From contig NC_042999.1 of the NCBI RefSeq assembly GCF_006345805.1, positions 117,862,001-117,926,000 on the forward strand: a stretch of DNA of 64,000 nucleotides, given 5' to 3'. The stretch is from Octopus sinensis (Eukaryota). The notes under the pieces were generated by a model that saw only the letters and a program-made list of their open reading frames with translations, did no database searches and was not told the origin of the DNA. The position numbers and the translations under genes were made by a program. This document shows, in pieces, positions 54,531 through 64,000 of this stretch (its first letter is position 1; every line of letters starts with the position of its first letter).

Positions 54531-54720
54531 ACTGAGCCGGAAAGATTGCTTGGAGAGACATTTTAAAGTGCGGGACTATTAGTAGCTCTTTAATAATCGC
54601 GTATATTAAATGTCATATACATATATATATATATATATATACAGACACAGACACACACATACATACATACATACATACATACATACATACATACATACAT
54701 ACATGTGCGTGTGTGTGTAC

Positions 54721-55124
54721 TAAGGCGTGTAGCTGCATCAAAGTGGCAGTTGAATGTTACTACAAGTTTAACCCCAGGCGAATTCTCTACCAGCTGGTTT
54801 TCGGTGCAAGTTCTGCACCCTTTATATACAATACATCACTAGTAGGAAGAGCGAACCCCTGTTACCCTCCACCAGCTCACAGGATCGCAGGACGGACCCA
54901 GTTTCGAGCTATTTGGCTTATCGTCAGCCACGCACACCTGTGCAATGAAGATATAGCTAAGATCCGCTTCTGCCAGCGATATATTGTAAACAAAGTGACC
55001 ATCGGTCACTGATTTGCAACAAGCAAAATAGCTAGTTATAAAATCTCTAGAAGAGATAAAGTAGTAACGTATACAAAACAGTAAAGCGAGTAGCCACATC
55101 AAAGTGGCAGTTGAATGTTACTAC
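54721..55124. repeat. ~43-bp direct repeats (28 bp exact) flanking a ~320-bp GC-richer structured segment
   Basis: CATCAAAGTGGCAGTTGAATGTTACTAC at 54736-54763 and 55097-55124. Confidence 0.85.
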
Positions 55125-55704
55125 TAATTACTACTAGTTACTACTATATACATATATATATATATACACACAAATACATATAATGTTCACCATTATTATT
55201 ATCACTGCTGCCCTAAACAGTTATGACTTAATCGGCAGCACAACTAATGAAGAAACGCTATTTGGATGGCCAGTGACTACTCAGAGTTTTTCGCCCTTAC
55301 ACAGGTCTACTTTTCCATCCTGTAGGGAGATCCAAAGGCCATAAACACACCCTCCTCACAGAGCAAGCCCTGTGGAATTACCAGTTTAGTCGCCGACGAC
55401 CTGACGTTTGTGATTCGATTTCCCGACTTCACTTATTGGTGGTCAAGGGATGAGTGACACGTACCTGAGTAAAGGATAGAAGTAATGCAAAGACGTAATG
55501 CAAAGGAGAGTAAAGGACAGAGGTAATGAAACAAAGCACCCAAAAAATGGAGCAGGGGAAAATCTATGTTGTTACTTTGAGTCGTTGCCGTCTTTGCTGT
55601 TATGATTTTCGTTGTTCTTTAGTAACCATGATGGAATGTCTTATTCATTGAATGGCATATTCAGTTTTCCTATATCTGAGACCACGAATTCTCATCCCAA
55701 TATG

Positions 55705-56015
55705 TGAAGGTGCATGGCTCAGTGGTAAGGGCATTGAGCTAATAATCGTTAACTTGTGAGTTCGATTCCTGAACCGGGCTCTGCGTTGTATTCTTGAGCA
55801 TATGACTATATTTCATGTTGCTCCAGGTTCTGTCTGCTGTAGAAATGAGTTGTGGCGTCACTGGTGCTAAGCTGTATTTCCTTTCCCATGGACAACATCG
55901 GTGTCGTGGAGAGAAGAGACTGGTATTCATGGACGTCAGCTGGTCGTCCATAAACAATCTTGCTCAGACTTGTGTCTCGATGGAGGACTTTCTAGGTGCA
56001 ATCCGATGTTAATTC
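55705..56015 (+). mobile_element. tRNA-derived CORE-type SINE
   Basis: TGGCTCAGTGG and GAGTTCGATTCC boxes and a TTCTTGAGCA CORE-like motif. The 3' part is shared with the 5.1-kb SINE. Confidence 0.85.
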
Positions 56016-56265
56016 GTACCCTAAATGTGTCTTTTTAAATTATGCAGTTGGTTGCGAGCATGCACCATTAAGAGACCTAAAGAAGAAGAAATGAAACTGC
56101 CACTCTCATTGGTCATTACTCACTGCTATTTATTGTGATTTTAAAATAGAAAGTCCACAGAAGATATTATCTCAGGAGAAATACTGCAGTAGCTGGCTTA
56201 TCGACAGTGTTTATACAATAAATATAATATATGGGTGGTTATGTTAATTAAATACAGCATCAGCT

Positions 56266-56436
<171 letters not shown>

Positions 56437-56565
56437 GCATATATATATGGACATATATCAGCTCAAACACACATATCTTCATACATGTGTGTGTGCGTGA
56501 TATAGATATACATACATATCTATATACATATATACACATATGATAATCACATACACACTCGTTTG

Positions 56566-56616
<51 letters not shown>

Positions 56617-56717
56617 AGTCTTCTTGCTGATAGCTACGAAATTGTTAATGTAAGGAACAAGAAGTTATCAAAAGTGAATAAATATCGGATGACCTAGTAA
56701 TCTCACCACTTCGTCTT

Positions 56718-56753
<36 letters not shown>

Positions 56754-56770
56754 GTGTGTGTGTGTGTGTC

Positions 56771-56802
<32 letters not shown>

Positions 56803-57930
56803 TATATGATATATATGATATATTTATGTTCATCATATTGCAAAATATTTACTTTGTACTTTACGAAGTAAAATCATAATGGCAATTTTAGAAGCGTTAG
56901 TTCGTTGCCAAAGAAAAAAACTGCCATCTTAAATCTTGCAATGTCATTCATAGAAATGATTTCCAGCCAGATCAGATATTCCTTGCGATTGCTGCCCCAC
57001 AATCTCTCCCTTGCACACTCAATTGTTATTCTATTGAAAATATTGTTAGTGAAATATTCAAATACCTATAACCGGAGATCATTATTTTCAGTTAATATAG
57101 ATGTATACAATATAGCGTTTTTTACAGTGCAAAAAAAATATTATACTAACAAGAACAAAATGGCGTATGTATCACGAAATACCATATATATGTATGCGTT
57201 TCTGTGTGTGTGTGAATATATATATATATATATATACTCCAATATGTGCGTAGGTATACTAGGTATACGCTTCTCCGAGTGTGCATGAGCGCGTTTTTGC
57301 GCATGTATTTGTGTGTGCACATATGCATATACATATTCAAATGCATATGTTTACTCACATGCACACATGTATACGTGTGTGCATGCGTGCGTACGTTTGT
57401 GTGTATGCATACATGTAAGTGTGCGTGTACGCACGCGAGTGTCTCTTTCATCGTTAAACAGGGTTAAATATGTCATAAACTGCTGGTAAGAATAATGTCA
57501 AATTTCCAATCACTGATATCCCGAAATGAATGAAAATAACAAAAAGCAACATGCTTCTTTGTATAGTTCATGGGAACTAAGCCATATATATTTACCTGTA
57601 AAAGATCGATAGCATGGAAAACTTTCTTTCTACCCTTGCTATAATGAACAGTACTTTCTAATATTCAAGAAAGCGCAGAAAATCCGGGGATACATAATTT
57701 CTAAGCCGATGTGTTTGTGAGTTTATTCAGTGAATGAATTCCTCCAGCCAATTCTGTCAATCATGCGGTTTGGTACCAAATCATCCCAACCAATTAGTGA
57801 CAGAATGTGTCATTTCTTCAGTCTTCTTGCTGATAGCTATGAAGTTGTTAATGTAAGGAACAAGAAGTTACCAACATTGAATAAATATCGGATGACCTAG
57901 TAATCTCACCACTTCGTCTTTTTTTTTATA
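56617..57930 (+). repeat. ~110-bp dispersed direct repeat (56617-56726 and 57820-57930)
   Basis: AGTCTTCTTGCTGATAGCTA...GGATGACCTAGTAATCTCACCACTTCGTCT(T)n occurs in both places. Confidence 0.9.
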
Positions 57931-58754
57931 GTGTACGTTACTCTCACTGAGAAAACAACGGGAGATGCACAAATCTTCCTACTTCGTCTGGTGGATTCCT
58001 ATAAAATTCATAGTAAGGCTCAAGAAAAATGCTACCTAGTGTGAGATTAAGGCATTTAGGTATGAAATTAGATGAAGATAACTCCAAAGACTAGCAAGAA
58101 GGCTGTGCAGTATTTCCGAATGATGTCAAGACGATCCTAAAACTGAGATCAAATTGTTACGAGCTTTAACTACCATTGGCCCCTGCGATTTGACTGGGAA
58201 ACTTAAGGTGGGAGTGTTATGAACGTGGTGTTTTGCCGAGGTATTTATGGATGAAAAATCAAAAATTGTGAGAACGGTAACGTATGCCAACAAATTCATA
58301 TAAGAGTTACTTGGTCCCACACCATGATTTATTGGAGCTGGTCTATCTACTACTACTGCAAAATCCCAACTCTTTAGTTGCCTTTAACATCAGCTCCACA
58401 TGGAACCAGGAAACTCTTATAACAAAACTACGCTGACTTTGTGATCAGAAACATCTTGCAGAGGGTCAATTTTATTACTACGCATGTGAAGAATAGATAT
58501 CGTATCCTACCATCTAAACTGAACATTGTATAAAGCGTCATTCCGTTACAAATGCTAAGCTTCACCAGCACAAAGGATCTTTACTGGTGAACACCCATCT
58601 GCAATATAACAAAGACTACATCATAAAAACTTACTTCCTCTCCAAAATAAGTATCTTTGCTCCTCGAAACTAGCTACTCTCTTTCCACCTGCAGATTTAC
58701 TCGTATCTCCTTCCCTTGTCACACATGTTTTGTCCAACTGTAGGCATCGATATA

Positions 58755-60030
58755 CTAGGTTGTCAAGAAAGATCTTGTGAAATTTTAAATTTTGGTATTA
58801 AATTATGTATTTTCAAAATAATTTTCGTTAAATTACTTTGACTTTATATATCGTTTTAAAACCCGTTTTTCGCTCTATCTAATTGTGTTACTCTTTTTTT
58901 CTTTTTGAATAACTAGGCCATTTTTTCTGGAACGTTGAATGCCACATAAACAAAAAGCAAATTCGCTCAATTTTCTTATTCCAGTTCAAGCTAGGCCGAA
59001 AACCTACTGAAACAGCTCGCGATATCAACGATGCGTTTGACCCAGGAACCACTAATGAACGTACAGCACAATGGTTGTTTAAGAAATTTCGTAGCGGTGA
59101 CGAAAGTCTTGAAGATGATAAGCGTAGTGGTCGGCCATCGGATGTTGACAACGATCAACTAAAAGCCTTAGTCAAAGCCAATCCACGCACAACTGTTCGA
59201 GAGTTTGCTTCTGAATTAGACATAACGTATACGACAATTTCCAACCACTTAAAAGAGATTGGAAAAATAAAAATACTTGAGAAATGGGTGCCGCACGAAT
59301 TGAACGACAACGAAAAAGAACGCCGCTTTGAAGTGTCGTCTTCCCTTCTTTTATGCAACAAGAATGACCTGTTTCTCGACCGGATTGTGACTTGCGATGA
59401 AAAGTGGATTCTTTACGACCACCGGCGACGCTCAGCTCAGTTGTTGGACGCTGACGAAGCTCCACGGCACTTCCCGAAGCTAAAGTTGCACCAAGAGAAG
59501 GTCATGGTGTCTGTTTGGTGGTCTGCGGCCGGTCTTCTCTATCACAGCTTTTTGGATCCAGGCGAAACTATTACGGCGGAGAAGTACTGTCAGCAAATGG
59601 ATGAAATGCATAAGAAACTTCGACAACAACAGCCAGCATTGGTCAATAGAAATGGATCAATTCTTCTCTACGACAACGTCACGCAACTGACTCTGCAGAA
59701 GTTGAACGAATTGGGCTACAAAAGTTTGCCTCATCCGCCATACTCACCAGACCTCTCGCCTACCAACTACCACTTTTTAAAGCATCTCGATAACTTCCTG
59801 CGTGAGAAGTTCTTCAAAAACTAACACGATGCCAAACATGCCTTCAACGACTTCATCGCCACCAGATCGCAGGATTTTTACGCTACCGGCATATATAAAC
59901 TTGTTTTGCGTTGTCAAAATTGTGTTGATTCTGATGGTGTTTATTTCGATTAATAAAGTTTTATTTGAGCTGAGATATATGCATCTGAATTTAAAGGTTA
60001 AAAACCGCAAGAACTTTCTTGACAACCTAA
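58755..60030 (+). mobile_element. Near full-length (1276 bp) mariner, Hsmar1/cecropia-like; non-functional transposase
   Basis: TA-CTAGGTTGTCAAGAAAGATCTTG...CAAGAACTTTCTTGACAACCTAA-TA TIRs with TA TSD. Translates KQIRSIFLFQFKLGR, WVPHEL, IVTCDEKW and HPPYSPDLSPTNYHF. Has an N-terminal frameshift, an ARPH deletion and a premature stop. Confidence 0.95.
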
Positions 60031-60999
60031 TAATAACGAGACATAGGCCTTCCTTTCTAAATTATCGGCTAAATCTGAATTTCTTTACAGTAGTTTTTTT
60101 TCTGCTGCTTGCAGAAAATACTTGCAATTCTTTAAGAGGAAATTTAACCGTGTTGTTCTCATTCGTCTTGGCCTTTGCTTTCCCTTTTCTGCAATAAACA
60201 GCAGCACCACTTTTCATTATACGATTATGTATATGTATGTATGTCTGATGTCTGTATATTACTATCTATGATATATAAAGACATACATGCACGGAATTAT
60301 GCACACACACACACTCACACGTCCGAGCGTGTGCGTGAATGTGCGTGTGTGTTAGTGTGTGTCTGTGTGTGTGCCTGTGCGCGTAGTGTATGTGTGTATG
60401 CAAAGGGTGTGTACATGTACATGTTTGTGTGTGCACGTGTTCAAGAGTGTTTGCCTCTTTTGTTAGGTGTTTGTTTTTTTGGTTGATATAAAATATGAAG
60501 CAGGATAGATTAATACAACAAATCACGTTCCTCTGTTCAGGATATAATCAAATTATCTCCAAGAAAGTAATAGGTCTTCGGATTTATCTGACCTAAAGTG
60601 AAAACATTTGCATTTGAATTCGTTGAACAGCATTGACTCATCGTTTGTATACATATACAATTCGTATAATTTCACATTTGGCGTCTCAACTGTTACCAGT
60701 ACACGCGTTTTATACAAAGGGGGTAATGAGAATGTTTGTTGCTACGTTTGAGCAGCAAGGCCAAGGTTCATGATTCTTGTATCAGGTTTATTAAATCAGT
60801 GTTACTTCATTTAATAAGTGTTTAATAATTCACCGCTTGGTGCATAATGCAATAAACTAGAGCAGATGGCTGTCTCCATAGACTAATAGAAAACAAGGTA
60901 ACTGATAAGTCATTCGTATTTTGTTACAGATAGTGTTGTGTTTGTAGTAAAAAAAAATAAACAAATAACAACGACTCGTAAAATGCTAGGTTCTCCAGA

Positions 61000-61443
61000 T
61001 TATAGATGAGCGGCGCATGTTGCAGCAAATACATGACGAAGTGCTTCATTTGATTGTAATGCTGAAATGAATTTATTTTGATATCTCTCAGGATATTTTA
61101 CTCTGAACCACACGGTTGCGTAGTGGAGTTGATGCATTCCTACAGCTAAATGTGCTATGCGATTCTCAATACAAGTCTTGAGTTTTTCTTCTTGTTTAAC
61201 CCAGGTTAACTCGAACAGATCTATTATCGGATTTGTACCAGCCGTGAATACCACATCGTATTTATCCAGGACTATACCGTGAAATATAACTTTACATTTC
61301 ATTTTTAAGGCAGTAAGTTGTAATTTTAAAGAGATTTGACTACGATTCCTTGCAAGTGATCGACAATAAAGAGAGCTAGTTTTGAGTACAACAGTGTTAG
61401 TTTTATTGTATTTTTTAATTTTCAGCATGTACAACATACACAC
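61000..61443 (-). other. Unassigned 147-codon open reading frame of non-repetitive composition
   Basis: Stop-free 444 bp in AT-rich DNA; no family recognised. Confidence 0.3.
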
Positions 61444-62984
61444 AATTGGGGGAAAGTTTGTCTAACACAAATCTAAAACAAATGGTCTCTATCTACATAA
61501 CACAACAGAAATCGAAACTAAACTTAAAGCCTGAATATCCTGTAATACATAAAAGTGACGATTTTAAAGTTATATGGATACATAAGCATAACGTACTCTA
61601 CACATATATAATCATTTATGTATACATGTATTATGTAGTATGTGGTATGTACGTACGTTGACACACACACACACACACACTATATATGCAAGTGCGCGCG
61701 CGCCTGTCAACATGAAGTAGCAAAGTTGTAAGAATGTAGGGCAAAATATCACAAATGCGATTGAAAGAGTGCTCAAATGCCATTGAAATCTACTTTGTCT
61801 TTCATCTTTGGAGTGGTGAATTGGTGAATTCTTTGAACACTGGAGGAGACGTCTTGTGATATTAGTTCTAGCTTTTGAATTCTGTATTTTTGGGTGCTAG
61901 ATGTAATCCGTTGCCCAGTTTAATACCACCACCTGCTTTCTTGATGTCTGTAGCAGAATTCACTCTGATACGAGCATTCAGTAAAGGACACTTGCTTCCG
62001 AACCACATAGTTAGGGGTTCAGTCTTATAAAGCATTGTGAGTGGATTTGGTAGACGGAAATTGAAAGAAGCTTGTCGTGTATATATGTATATAAATTCAT
62101 ATGTGTGTATGTGTGTATAAACATATGTGTGTGTGTATGTCTAAACATACATATATCTGCTTGTATTTTTTTTGTGTGTGCTTGCATGTGTATATACACA
62201 TTCATACACACACTCACACGCACACAAGCTACGCACACTCGAGCTACACACATACACACACACACATACGTACACACAAACACATATGTTTCTCTCTGTG
62301 TGTGTATATATCCCTCTTCTGTATGTGTATATGTGGTGTGAGTGTGCGGCTGAGTACACCTTTGTGTTCGTTTGTGTTGTACCACTTGACAAACAGGATT
62401 AGTCTCTTTATGTCCTTGAAACATATGTTCTGCAAAAGCGATCTTTGGAATAAATACCTCATTTAAAAACATTAATAATATGATCGATTAAACCCTTCAA
62501 GGCGGAACCCCCGGATCAGCTGTAAATAAATCAATGAAACAAGTAAAAGAATAAAAGAATTTATGTATTTCGAGAAAAGTGTGTTCTTGTTCTTGTCAGT
62601 ATAACCTTCATTTTAACTGTGAAAAAACAATTGGTATTCTATATATTTGTTTCACATTTTGTCATGAAGCCAGCAATTTTAAGTGGAATGGTCAGTCAAT
62701 TGCATCGATTCCCAGATTTTGGCAGGCGCTTTATTTTATGGAAACTGAAAGGATTAAAGTGGTAGGTGAGTGCAGTTGTACTTGAAATCAATACACAAAG
62801 AATCGGAAGCATTTTGTCCGACTCCCTAACAATTCTACCAAATCGCTACCTTGCGATATCCATTAGCCGAAAGTAACGATATCTAGTTACAAGTATTAGT
62901 ATATTGCACTGACAATAATCTCAGTGGAATATCTACATAAATTTACACAATGGAATGTATGAACCAGCGAACGTAAAATAAACA

Positions 62985-63022
62985 AATAAATAAATAGATA
63001 ACTAACTAACTAACTAACTAAC

Positions 63023-63057
<35 letters not shown>
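62985..63057. repeat. (TAAC)n/(TAAA)n microsatellite
   Basis: Visible repeat. Confidence 0.9.
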
Positions 63058-64000
63058 AAGATCCTAATCATTTCTGCAAATGACAACATTTCTGCGAACG
63101 ACAAGATATAAGAAGGAAATAATTACCTTCGGTAAGTAACTTGCGATTCAATAATGAATAAAATGAGTAAAGAATAAATAGTTTGAATCGAAAAGACTAT
63201 TGTTATCAGAATAGCATATTTCTTTACCGCTACTTATTTTGTTAATCAATCTCAGGGAACAAAATGCGATTTTGATATCGTTAACATTCACTGACCCCGT
63301 CATGATGAAAATCATAATGAAAAGACGAAAAAACACAACGTACCAATGATGGAACTAGATAAAATCACATGTCCTTATAATCACAACCTATTGTGTGTTA
63401 ACTAAAATATATATTGAATAATCTAGTTCTACACATTCCTTTAGGATTTTCGCTGCTGGAATACATTTGATCTTTCGAACAGTGCTGCTCTGGTGTTAAT
63501 ATGATAGCAACGACAATGAAGAAACTAAATAATCGAATGCATATAGTTTGGTAATCTACAATACTATCGAACTATCTTTTATTCAATCACATGCACCAAG
63601 GAATAATGCCATGTCTTTGTTATTGTTATTGTTGATGATAATAAATCTCAGTTTAGAAATTATAAAGTGGACTTGCTATCAAAGCAATCTGTCGTAACCG
63701 CCCCTTCTAATTTTCTTTTCATTTTTAGACAATATACGTGAGCATTCTTATATGAGAGGAATCCAGCTACAAGTTTTAGCAGGTCAGCGAACACCTGTCA
63801 AGACATTCACGTTCATATGCAATATGCATTTTCTTTCTATTTTTCTTTGTCATTGATATAATAGTGTTTTCTTTAATAACCATCAACGAATGACAAAAAC
63901 ACAGAGGTTGGTCGATGACGATATAGTGTAGGATTAAGTAAAAAGGTATGTGAGGAGGAAATAAAATTAAAAAACACTTCAAACGAAGAATAATTCTCTA

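Noticed and set aside
55240-55480. RTE-like 5' UTR fragment on the minus strand
   Set aside because: The resemblance is from memory only and there is no adjoining ORF.
57990-58740. Possible CR1/L2 3' relic
   Set aside because: Only faint motif resemblance; not supportable.

Overview
AT-rich, microsatellite-rich eukaryotic DNA made almost entirely of transposable elements and their relics. I find no convincing intact host gene. The SINE families and repeat landscape suggest a cephalopod, probably Octopus (recalled resemblance, not a database result). Retroelements: two R4/Dong-type RLE LINE relics, RTE and RTE-BovB-like LINEs, a CR1 fragment, a young-looking Tx1/L1-clade LINE inside a (TATC)n tract, an ORF1-only Tx1-like element, a decayed Ty3/Gypsy element with 83-bp LTRs, three Penelope-like relics and many tRNA-derived SINEs. 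DNA elements: several Tc1/mariner copies and three Helitron relics. The most interesting unexplained layer is RNA structure. There are four hammerhead-ribozyme (HHR) cores. One is canonical (35753-35798), heads a ~250-nt structured cassette and sits directly behind the ORF1-only element. Another follows a tRNA-like module at the 3' end of a Penelope endonuclease, and another lies in an inverted-repeat cassette. A 113-bp x ~21 satellite appears to be carried inside one non-autonomous Helitron. All family calls come from motif recognition by eye, and boundaries of decayed elements are approximate.
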